From assembly GCA_963719315.1 (NCBI GenBank), contig CAVRBU010000011.1, positions 1 to 64,000 on the forward strand: a DNA stretch of 64,000 nucleotides, read 5' to 3'. The DNA is from an uncultured Planctomycetota bacterium. Its GTDB lineage: Bacteria; Planctomycetota; Planctomycetia; Pirellulales; Lacipirellulaceae. The notes under the pieces were generated by a model. That model did not search any database and was not told the origin of the DNA. It saw nothing but the letters and a program-made list of their open reading frames with translations. A program made the translations under genes and the position numbers. Below, piece by piece: positions 1 through 9,244 of the stretch. Positions within the stretch are counted from its first letter, which is position 1; every line of letters begins with the position of its first letter.

Positions 1-777
1 CCACCTCAGTGTGAACTGATTAAAGACCCGGACTTGCGGCTTGAGGTGCTTCGCGGACTCGCGCTTTATGATGATCCTCGAATCCCCACGACCATTCTAG
101 ATAACTACGATCACTTTACTCCAAATCAGCGCACGGCGGCCGTAAATACATTGGTTTCCCGCGCTAAATTTGCCCAGGCACTTATCAATGCGCTCGAATC
201 GAAACGATTGCCAGCGACGGATATTTCCGCTTTTCAAGCCAGGCAGATAGTGGCCCTGGGCGACGACTCCCTAAGTGAGCGGCTGCGCACGGTGTGGGGA
301 GATGCCAGGCAAACCTCCGATGAAAAGCGCAAGTTGATCGATAATCTGCGGGCAACGCTTACGCCACAAATCGCTGAAGCCAACCTCGAAAATGGTAAGG
401 CTATTTTCACCCGAACCTGCGCGAACTGCCATGTTCTCTTCGGACAAGGCGCCAAAATCGGGCCTGAATTGACCGGGTCCAACCGCAAGAACTTGGACTA
501 CTTGTTGGAGAATATAGTTGATCCGAGCGCGGTTGTCGGAGTTGGGTTTCGTGTAACTGTTTTCGTGCTCTCGGACGGAAGAGTGCTGAGTGGAATTGTG
601 TGCGAGCGAAATGACAAGACCATCACGATTCAAACTCCCGAAAGCAAACAAGTAATCGACCGGCGCGAAATAGATGAAACGAATGTGTCGGACAAATCGC
701 TCATGCCTGACGGCCAGTTGCAAGTCTTAAGCGATTCGCAAATCCGCGACCTGCTGGGTTATCTCATGTCGAATTAG
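1..777 (+). CDS. C-terminal part of a PVC-type heme-binding CxxCH protein (membrane-bound dehydrogenase family), 5'-truncated by the window edge
   Basis: Frame is open from base 1. Motifs CANCH, IGPELTG, LLENIVDPS and SLMPDG...DLLGYL are typical of the planctomycete heme-binding C-terminal domain. Confidence 0.85.
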   Translation, partial: PPQCELIKDPDLRLEVLRGLALYDDPRIPTTILDNYDHFTPNQRTAAVNTLVSRAKFAQALINALESKRLPATDISAFQARQIVALGDDSLSERLRTVWGDARQTSDEKRKLIDNLRATLTPQIAEANLENGKAIFTRTCANCHVLFGQGAKIGPELTGSNRKNLDYLLENIVDPSAVVGVGFRVTVFVLSDGRVLSGIVCERNDKTITIQTPESKQVIDRREIDETNVSDKSLMPDGQLQVLSDSQIRDLLGYLMSN

Positions 778-818
778 CGAGGCATGTCAAACATGCGACA
801 CCAAAACGCTGCCTGGTA

Positions 819-1020
819 TTAGAGAGCAAACTCGCCCACTTTTGCACGTCGTGCTCACGCCCAAACCACTGCATTCCCAGTGGCTCGACGCCCGAGCGCC
901 GCGCAAAAAAGGAGGACTTATGCACACGAAAAAATTTCTCACGTGTCCGCACAATCCTACTCCCTTGCCGCCCAACAACTTACGACATCCATTGCGCAAA
1001 GCGCTCGCGCAAAACTCTCC
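819..1020. repeat. About 200 bp non-coding element; a diverged inverted copy lies at 60447-60648
   Basis: Blocks ACTCGCCCACTTTTGCACG, CGCCCGAGCGCCGCGCAAAAAAGGAGGA, TACTCCCTTGCC, TCCATTGCGC and GCGCAAAACTC occur in reverse complement, in the same order, near 60.5 kb. Confidence 0.8.
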
Positions 1021-1089
1021 GCGTGGACGAATCTCGCGCTCGATTTTCAGAAACGCTGACCGTAGAGAATCGACGCCCGATATTGCCTT

Positions 1090-3366
1090 TCACACCTCCA
1101 CCGCTCGCACCAGCACGCGGTTGCCGCGGGCTTTGGTGACGACGACCGAAGTGCCGCGGTCGATGGGGAGGCCTTCGGAGATCACGTCGATCAGTTGGCC
1201 GTTGAACTCAGCTTTGCCCGCCGGCATGAGATTGGTCGTGGCCACGCCTCGCTCGCCCACCAGGTGCGAAAAATCGGCCAGCGACTCGCGATAGTCGAGG
1301 TCCATGAGGTCTTCTTCCGGCGTGGGATTGAGGAGAAGCTTGCGAAACAGCGGCGCGCTGGGCAAGTACCGCCGCAGGGCGATGGATGATGCCACCACGA
1401 TCAACGTGGCAGCGGCGACGATGGTCAGCGAATGTCGCAGTTCGATTATTTGCGACTCGGTTCGCGGCAACACGAATGTTTGCGTGGCCAGCACCAGTGA
1501 AGCGAGAACCATTGCCCCGCCGCCCAAGCCGAAGATACCGAAACCGGGCAACACCAGCACTTCAAGCAGGATGCAAAAGATTCCGCCCAAGAACAGCAAT
1601 ACTTCCAGCCAGTCGGCCGTGCCGTGCAAAAACTCGCTCCAGAAGAACAGCAGGAATGCAACGGCTGCCACAAATCCGCCAATGCCAGTTCCCGGGCTAT
1701 GCAGTTCAATATAGACGCCCACGAAGCCAATGACCAACAGCAGTACGGCGAGTGCCGGCGACGACAGGGCTTCCACTAACTCCAGCGCCCAATTCGGTTC
1801 GGCCACGCGAATGTCGCTGTCGATTCCATACGCCTGTTTCAGGTCGTCGAAGTTATCGACCACGTGCGAAACGACACCAAGTTCCTTCGCGCGGTCGCTC
1901 GTCATGCGAAGGGTCTCACCGGCCGGCTTCACCCGCGCACCGCGACGCCAATTGCCGGCATCGACTTGGGCCTTGGCTTCCTCATCGCAAAAGTAGCGGG
2001 TTTCGCCCGTCTTCGTGTTCTGATACGCAAACAATTCTATGTCCGGGTCGATCAGCGCCGTGAGGAGCGACCAACTGCGCGAGCCGTTCTGAGCCAATTC
2101 GCGAATCGGCTCGCGGGCGTCCCTTAGCGTCTCCCGATCGATCGCAACGGTGCCTTTGCCGCCGACGTGTGCCTCCGGCTGCATCACGAGCTGATCGCAC
2201 GCGAGTGCCACCAGCCCTGCGCCACCGCTGGCTTCCACCGGCACATAAGCGATGGTTTGCACTTCCTTGGAGTTCAGATCGGCCAACATTGTGGCCAAAT
2301 CCTTGCAATCTTCGAGTTCCCCGCCGGCGCTGTCGATTGTGACGCCGATCCAATTCACTTTCCGTTTCGATATTTCCGTACCCAGCATCGTTTGAATTTG
2401 GTGCACCTTCCGGCGCGTGATCGGTCCATCGATCCGCAGCAATACGGGTCGCCAGTTGCCCATCATCGCTTGATCGTCCTTCACGGCGGCAACCGGCAGA
2501 GCCAGCACACGCGCGAGCGAATCGAGATCGCGTGCAAGCAACAAGCCGTAGTTCCGCCCGTCGCTGCCGGTGAGGCTGCCGAGTGAACCGGCCGTTTTGA
2601 TGGCGTCCTGGGAGATAATTGTGTGCTGTTTCTTGAGGGCATCTAAATCCTCGCGTAGCACGAATTCGGTGCCTTGGTCGGTTTCGACCTTGAGAACTTC
2701 CGGTCGTCTATCGACCATGCCCAGCGCCACCGCCAGCGGCAGTGTTCGTTTGGCCGCTACGATCTCCTTGTAGGCGCTCACGATTTTGGGATCGATCGCG
2801 CGGCTGGAGTCTTCGTCGATCGCGGCATCACCGAGCTTGGCCTCGGGGGCGATAGCAATCTGGTCGCAGGCCAGGGCGATGAGCACGCCGTGGCCTTGGA
2901 TCGAATGCGGAATGTAGGCCACCGTTTTAACACCCGACATTTCGGCACTTGTCAGAAAGCTGGCGATATTCAGCGCGCGTGTGAAATCGGTCCCTTCGCC
3001 GGTGCTGCCCTGCTGAGCCGAAAGCTCGAGCACGAGCGTCGGCCGGCGACCGTCGGGCCTCGGAAGATGACTCAGTTCGGTAACTACCCGCTGGATCGCT
3101 GTTTTGAGATCAATGTCGGCCGTGCCATTCAGCGGAAGCCGTACACGGATCAGCGCACCCTCACCCAATTTGTCGTCGGCTGCTCCTGCTTCCGGCTTTT
3201 CCGCCGGTGGTTGATCGCCGGCTGCCGACGCCTTCTCAGCGGGCGCGGCTTCCGGTTCCTGTGCCGCCGCTTTTTGATCCTCGGCCGCTAGCGCAAAAAC
3301 CGTGGTACCAGTCGCCACGAAAGCGAGTAGCGCAACCCAAACCGCCGCGCTCGTCCGCGGCAGCAT
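1090..3366 (-). CDS. NfeD-family membrane-bound serine protease-like protein (two ClpP-like domains, TM region, C-terminal OB fold); start codon uncertain
   Basis: IDSAGG and ALACDQ motifs, TM block with LEVLVLPGFGIFG, C-terminal GVATTNLMPAGKA...VISEGLPIDRG. Confidence 0.85.
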   Translation of the reverse strand: MLPRTSAAVWVALLAFVATGTTVFALAAEDQKAAAQEPEAAPAEKASAAGDQPPAEKPEAGAADDKLGEGALIRVRLPLNGTADIDLKTAIQRVVTELSHLPRPDGRRPTLVLELSAQQGSTGEGTDFTRALNIASFLTSAEMSGVKTVAYIPHSIQGHGVLIALACDQIAIAPEAKLGDAAIDEDSSRAIDPKIVSAYKEIVAAKRTLPLAVALGMVDRRPEVLKVETDQGTEFVLREDLDALKKQHTIISQDAIKTAGSLGSLTGSDGRNYGLLLARDLDSLARVLALPVAAVKDDQAMMGNWRPVLLRIDGPITRRKVHQIQTMLGTEISKRKVNWIGVTIDSAGGELEDCKDLATMLADLNSKEVQTIAYVPVEASGGAGLVALACDQLVMQPEAHVGGKGTVAIDRETLRDAREPIRELAQNGSRSWSLLTALIDPDIELFAYQNTKTGETRYFCDEEAKAQVDAGNWRRGARVKPAGETLRMTSDRAKELGVVSHVVDNFDDLKQAYGIDSDIRVAEPNWALELVEALSSPALAVLLLVIGFVGVYIELHSPGTGIGGFVAAVAFLLFFWSEFLHGTADWLEVLLFLGGIFCILLEVLVLPGFGIFGLGGGAMVLASLVLATQTFVLPRTESQIIELRHSLTIVAAATLIVVASSIALRRYLPSAPLFRKLLLNPTPEEDLMDLDYRESLADFSHLVGERGVATTNLMPAGKAEFNGQLIDVISEGLPIDRGTSVVVTKARGNRVLVRAVEV

Positions 3367-3858
3367 CCGGCAACACTTCCATTCTAGAGCCATTTGCGAC
3401 ATCGTTATTCGGTCCGCTAGATTTCCCGCGCCGGTAGAAAGTCCCCCGCGCGCTCCCAAGCCAGGAAAATTATAGGGCTTTTCCGAAAAACGGGCAAAAG
3501 GCCGAACCGACCGCGTAGTTTACGGGGCTTCGATTCACCCGACGCTTATTCGTAACCCGCATGCCAGCATTGAGTCTTTCTTTGTGCCTTTTGTGCCTTT
3601 TCTAGACAATCCATTCCCTTACGCCCGCATCGTTCATCGACCTTCCCGATCCTTTCCACCTTATGCGGCGGCTGGCGTTGCCGGTGCTTGCCGAGCAGAT
3701 TCTGCACCCGTCCATCTTTTTTTGTGGCGAGGTCAAGCGATGGTTCGATACCAAGCGTCACTGCCCGCGCATTCGATACCAACTGAACATGCTGGCAGGA
3801 ACTTTGTTTGTCAAACTCGCGGCCCTTTGCCAAGAGGTAGAGTTGTCTTGCTGGTTAC

Positions 3859-5169
3859 ATGATCGCGCCACTTCGTGATCGGTCGCCGCCCGCCACACCG
3901 CACTTCCCCACCGCGAGTTCTTGGATGACGGTCCCGTTAGTTCCCGGCACTGCAAACGCGCCATTTGAAAGCGAGCCGGTTGTAGTCCCCATTCCGCTGT
4001 TATCCGCTGCTGCCGGCGTCGCCTGCCATGAGGAGAAAGGCGCGCTGCCCGCTGCGCCGCCGCGATCGATCTTTGCACTGCACCTGGTGAACGGCGAGCA
4101 CTACTCGGGGGCCGAGCGCGTGCAGGATTTACTGGCTCGGCAGTTGCCGCGGTTCGGTTGCGAGGTGGGGTTCGCGTGCGTTAAGCCACAACGGTTTCCG
4201 AATGCTCGCGAGACGAAGACCGCGCCGCTGGTGGAGATGCCAATGCGGGGGCGGTTCGATCTCCGCATTGTGAAGCACCTCGAAAAGCTGTGCCGCGATG
4301 AAGACTACGATTTGATTCACGCTCACACGCCACGGACGGCGCTCGTCGGTCGCTTGGCAGCCAAACGCGCGGGAGTGCCGTTCGTATATCATGTTCATAG
4401 CCCGGCCGGTCGCGACTCGACTCGCCGCGCGCTGAACTGGATCAACGCCGCGGTCGAATGGGCCGTGGTTCGCGGGGCCGATCGGCTGATCGCCGTCTCG
4501 CCCAGTTTGCGCGAGTACATGATCGGTCGCGGCATATCGCCCGAGCGGATTATTTGCGTGCCGAACGGCGTTCCCGGTTCGAGCTTCACTGCCGAGCGTC
4601 GTGCGCCGGCCGCTACATGGACCCTAGGCGCCGTCGCCTTGTTTCGGCCACGGAAAGGCATCGAGATACTGCTCGAATCGCTTGCCGTGCTGCGGTCGCG
4701 CAATCTCAACGTGCGGTTGCGCGCCGTCGGCGGATTTGAAACGCCCCAGTATGAGGCCCAGGTCATGGGCCTCGCTGAGCGACTCGATCTGGTCGACGCC
4801 ATCGACTGGATCGGCTTCACGCGGAACGTGAATCGCGAGTTGGCGAAGATCAATCTATTTGTGCTGCCAAGCTTGTTCGGCGAAGGCCTGCCGATGGTTG
4901 TGCTGGAAGCGATGGCGGCCGGTTTGCCGGTCGTTGCTTCGCGCGTGGAAGGCGTTCCCGAAGCGGTCATCCATCGCGAAACCGGCTTGCTGGTCGAGCC
5001 GGGCAGCGTAAGCCAGCTCGCGACTTCGATCGAAGAAATGATCACCGGCGACGTCGATTACACGGAGTTGAGCCGCGGTGCGCGGCAACGCCACGCGGAA
5101 CGCTTTTCCGATACAAAGATGGCCGAAAGTGTCGCCGAAGTCTATCGCGACGTGCTGGCGAACAGATAG
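3859..5169 (+). CDS. Glycosyltransferase family 4
   Basis: DLIHAH, PNGV, PSLFGEGLPMVVLEAMAAGLPVVAS. Confidence 0.92.
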   Translation: MIAPLRDRSPPATPHFPTASSWMTVPLVPGTANAPFESEPVVVPIPLLSAAAGVACHEEKGALPAAPPRSIFALHLVNGEHYSGAERVQDLLARQLPRFGCEVGFACVKPQRFPNARETKTAPLVEMPMRGRFDLRIVKHLEKLCRDEDYDLIHAHTPRTALVGRLAAKRAGVPFVYHVHSPAGRDSTRRALNWINAAVEWAVVRGADRLIAVSPSLREYMIGRGISPERIICVPNGVPGSSFTAERRAPAATWTLGAVALFRPRKGIEILLESLAVLRSRNLNVRLRAVGGFETPQYEAQVMGLAERLDLVDAIDWIGFTRNVNRELAKINLFVLPSLFGEGLPMVVLEAMAAGLPVVASRVEGVPEAVIHRETGLLVEPGSVSQLATSIEEMITGDVDYTELSRGARQRHAERFSDTKMAESVAEVYRDVLANR

Positions 5170-5235
5170 CCCGGCCATCTTGGCCGGGATACGTCAGTCA
5201 GCGCTCACGATCTGAGAGAAGGAACTTCGCGAACT

Positions 5236-6303
5236 TTATCGCGGTTGCTGTACTGGCTGCGGCGCTTCAGCCACCGGCATGTTCTCCACAACCCGTTTCC
5301 AGCCAAATGGCACTGGCGGCGAAGTAAAGAAACTGTTCAGCCAATTGAGCGGGCCATTCGTCCGCGCGGTGGCGAGATCGAACATGTAGGCGTGACGATC
5401 GCCATTGGGCAGCGTTACCTGCATGGCCTCGGGCATCAATAGCTCGCGATTGAAAATCACTTCCACCTGGCGAAAGTCGGCCGCTTGTTGTTGAAATTTA
5501 GGCGCCGCGAGCAACCAAATCTGTTTGGGATTCTCGTTCGGAAAGTGCTCGATCTTCATCCAATAGCGATGTTTTAGTTTCGTCGCTTCCGCGCCGAACA
5601 AGAACGGCAGCGGTCCGTCGACGATCGCCTGCCCTTGCAATTGCGGCGGGATCGGCCGTTCAACCAATTGTTTGTCGTGGGGCCGATATTCGTAAATCGA
5701 TTTGCCGTCGCTCACCCAGTGCTCGCCAATCGCGTCGGGTTGCTTCACCCAATCGCCCTTGATCGGAGCGGGCGGCTGCTGGTTCGGCGGCGCCGCTTGC
5801 TGTTTGAACGTATTGATTTCTGTTATCTCGAAACTTCCCTTGTCGGGCTTGTTGTAGCTTAACTCGCCGAGGTTCTTGTTGAGCGGCTCCATCCGACCGT
5901 TGATCGTGGGGCCAAACGCGACGTCATACTCCCAACGTTTGAACGAGCACTTAAACGTCGAAATCTTGCTGCTCGCGACTTGCCACGCGCCCAGCACCTG
6001 ATCGAGTTCGCCCTGCTGCAATTGATTGAGCTGGAATTCCTGCGGCACCTGCGCCGCGACCGGCGCTGGTTGTGGTGCAGCGCCCGGTTGCTGTTGGCCG
6101 CCTACTTGAGGCTGTGCGGTCGCCTGTGTTTGAGGGTACGCCGCCGGCGCTGCCGGTTGCGAATAGGCCTGCTGTTGCGGATACGCTTGCGGCGCACCCA
6201 GTTGTTGCCCCGTTGCCGCCGAGGTCATCAGCAGCGAGGGCAAGCAGAACGTAAGCGCGGCCCGAACAGAGCGCGTGGTGTGATCCATCCGCGTAACTCG
6301 CAT
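5236..6303 (-). CDS. Planctomycete TIGR03009-like periplasmic protein (LolA-like) with a Gln/Pro-rich N-terminus
   Basis: Signal-like N-terminus. LDQVLGAWQ...FKRWEYD, GEHWVSDGKSIYEY and IVDGPLPFLFG match my recollection of this family. Confidence 0.7.
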   Translation of the reverse strand: MRVTRMDHTTRSVRAALTFCLPSLLMTSAATGQQLGAPQAYPQQQAYSQPAAPAAYPQTQATAQPQVGGQQQPGAAPQPAPVAAQVPQEFQLNQLQQGELDQVLGAWQVASSKISTFKCSFKRWEYDVAFGPTINGRMEPLNKNLGELSYNKPDKGSFEITEINTFKQQAAPPNQQPPAPIKGDWVKQPDAIGEHWVSDGKSIYEYRPHDKQLVERPIPPQLQGQAIVDGPLPFLFGAEATKLKHRYWMKIEHFPNENPKQIWLLAAPKFQQQAADFRQVEVIFNRELLMPEAMQVTLPNGDRHAYMFDLATARTNGPLNWLNSFFTSPPVPFGWKRVVENMPVAEAPQPVQQPR

Positions 6304-6502
6304 GGCAGAAGGTCGAGGGGAGGTGGGCTGCGAACTATAGCTACCAGCCGCGAAATAACCTAGGCCGACTGGCCGCGAAAACGCCCGCTCCCGTCTTGCT
6401 ATCGTCGCCGCGGCGAACGATCTTGACCCCGCCCTCCGGCGTGCCGATGATGCCCGGCCCCCTCGACCAAAATCTGGATTTCGCCTTACCAGGAACAATC
6501 GC

Positions 6503-7494
6503 ATGTTCACCAAATTGCGGTTTATTACAACACTGGCAGCCTTCGTGGTACTCGGTCAACTGGACGGAGTTTTCGGCCAGCAACCGCAACACATAGCCGA
6601 CGAATCCGTGAAGCAGACCGCCTTGGATCTGCCAGTTGTCAGTAATTCGCAGCACCAAACTGTCCGCTTCGGCCGTCATCCAGTTCGCGTTGGCGATGAA
6701 ACCGAACAAACGCTGGCGCTCGATATGGGGCTTAAGATCACGATCCGGCAGGCAGATGAGCTTGTCGGAAATCATCAAACGACCGTTCGCACCGATCAGC
6801 GGCGCGTGATGACAACCACCGCTGTTGAAGCGGGTCGAGCGACGGCGGTAACCGTGCGATATCCGGAAGCCACGAAGCGCGTCGTCGGCGCTGAAGCCGC
6901 ATTCGCGCCCGTGAAGACGGCGCTACTAGAGATGCGAAGACCGTGCCGGCGCCAGTCCAGGGCAAGACCTATCAATGTCTGCGAGAGTCCGGCGAGACCG
7001 GCAAGCTAATCGTCACCGACGAAGCCGGCAACCGCCCGCCCGCCGACGAATACGATTTCGTTGCGCAGCAAATGGAGATGGTCGGCCGCGATAATCCGCT
7101 GGCTAAGTTTCTTATCGGTCGTCAGGTGGCGGTCGGCGATAAGCTGGAGTTGCCGAAAGAACTCGCCCACCAGATTTTTAACCTGGGCGACAAGTTCGGC
7201 CAAGTCACGCACTTCACCATCACGCTGCAAAAAGTGCAGCCCGAAAATGGTGTGAATTGCGCCGTGTTTCTGGCCAGCGTCGAAGCGGCTTCAAGCGACG
7301 CTACGCAAATGCGGCTGCAAGTGGAAGGGCCGCTCGTAGTGCAAGTCGATACGTGCCGGGCCGAGCGAATCAGCCTAGACGGCCCAATCGGTATGTCCGA
7401 AACGCGCGGTAGTTACAGCACGGCTTACCAGGTGATCGGCACCGGCCGCTTGCAGATGAGCATCGCGTCCACCTTTCGCGAAGCACGGCGCTAA
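6503..7494 (+). CDS. Exported hypothetical protein, frameshifted near 6900-6945
   Basis: Overlapping ORFs 6503-7009 and 6943-7494 join into one plausible protein with a signal peptide. Confidence 0.6.
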
Positions 7495-7732
7495 CAGCCA
7501 CGCTGCTGTCGCCGCTATCTCCCTCGCGCTCTGTAGCTGAACTCGCAAGAGTTCACTCGAATTCCTCTGAATACTCGCGAATGCAGCTCCCCGCACTGCT
7601 GTCATCGCAAACCGTATGCGCTGCGCGTGCGTACAAGAAACGCTGACTTCGCGACCGCGCACCTTTCTTCGCGCAACGCTAGCAACTGAACACGATTGTT
7701 GTCGACTTGTCTGACCATGGAGGAATGACAAC

Positions 7733-8778
7733 ATGCAATTCACAATTTTTCAAGGTTTGCTCATCGAAGTGCGTAGGCTCGGTGCCCGCAGAGCAAGCCA
7801 AGGTTTTCTTACGCTGACCCTTTCAAGTGCGCTAATTTTTTCCGCAATACTTACCCTGCCGCTCGTTGCTTTTGCGGATGTCGGCGTGGAATTCGACATA
7901 GCCCGCGCGGTCGAATGTCGCGACGTTACACCTCGGGAGCGAATCATGCAGTACCCGACGCAGCGACTGATCGAAGTCGCGCTTCCAGTTTCAGTGCGTT
8001 TCAACGACGTTTCCCGCGACGACGTTGACGAAATCGATATTGAAGTGAGCGGCGCAATGGCCGGGCTGCGCGTACAGGACTTTGCCCCGACCACGCAGCT
8101 CGCCAGCGAGATCACGCATGAAATCGAAACCACCACGACGTCGAAAAAGACGCGATCGTTTGATGGCACACTTGGCGGCACATTGCCGATTCCCGGCGCG
8201 GAAGCGGCCGCCCACATTACGCCTTCAATCTCCGCCGGTCTTGCTGGTTGCGAATCGGCAACCGAAAAAATCAATCGGTTGCCGCCTAAGCATGTCGTTG
8301 TCGTGAGTGGCACGACCGCCGAGGGTCGCGGCGTGTTCTTCAAACTCAAACGCACATCGCAAACGTCGCTCGAAGGTGTGCACGAAATGGCAGTGACGTT
8401 CGTGGCGCCGCGTACTTGGCCGGCGATCGCCTTGCGGGTGGAGTGCAGGCGCAGGGGCAACGAAAAACTTTGTGGATGAAGCAATCGGCGACGCTTGGTC
8501 ACATGGATCGCTACGTGCAGTTGATACCGGCCGCACCGTTGCCCGTCCATCAAGTCGTCCTCAAACCGGCGGATGCCGATCCGGCCGCCGCGAAGTCGAC
8601 GACGGTAGCAGACAACTCCGCTGCCAGCCCCACCCGGTGGCGGCCGGTGCGTCCGATGCCGGCAAAGATTGCCGACAAAACTTCGATTACCCCCGTGAAT
8701 GCAAAGCCGGCGGACGAAAGCACGTCGGATGCCCTGAAGTCCACCCGGTCCGTAACGCAGGGCACTAAGCAGGAATAG
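7733..8778 (+). CDS. Exported hypothetical protein, frameshifted near 8445
   Basis: Overlapping ORFs 7733-8479 and 8416-8778, hydrophobic N-terminus, GGAGG RBS upstream. Confidence 0.6.
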
Positions 8779-9244
8779 TGGCCAGTTGGAACTCCGTAGA
8801 GCCTTCTTCGCTGTCATCAAACTGACGACGCTTGGTGTTGATTTGATGTCACTTTTGGCATCTCTCCTGGGTGAGCTATCCCGCCACTTCTCACTGGCCA
8901 ACTGAAAACCATGCTAATTTCTTGCGTTTCCTCGGAAAGCACAAGTGCTGGCACAGCTATTGCCTAATCTCAACTTAGGCAATGAGACTGGAGCGCCGAA
9001 TACCTCGATTTTGGAATCGAGCGTGCGTTCCGTTCCAGCATCGCGTTGATGCTTGACCTCCGTTTGCTTGGCCATCGATCGAGCGTAACTTTCGCAAGTT
9101 TAGGCGGAGGACCCAAGTCGTGATTGCGCGTGCGCATCGCCACTGTAGAATATCATCAAGTTCGCACAAACGATTTGTAGCGAAGCTCCTGGGAGGCGCG
9201 GCCAAGATGGATACTTCCCCCCGCGTTTGGAGGCTGGAGAGAAA

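Noticed and set aside
7750..8901. Long antisense ORFs (7750-8901, also 13954-14907, 48828-49811, 52087-52983)
   Set aside because: These are shadows of genes on the opposite strand in high-GC DNA, with no recognisable motifs.
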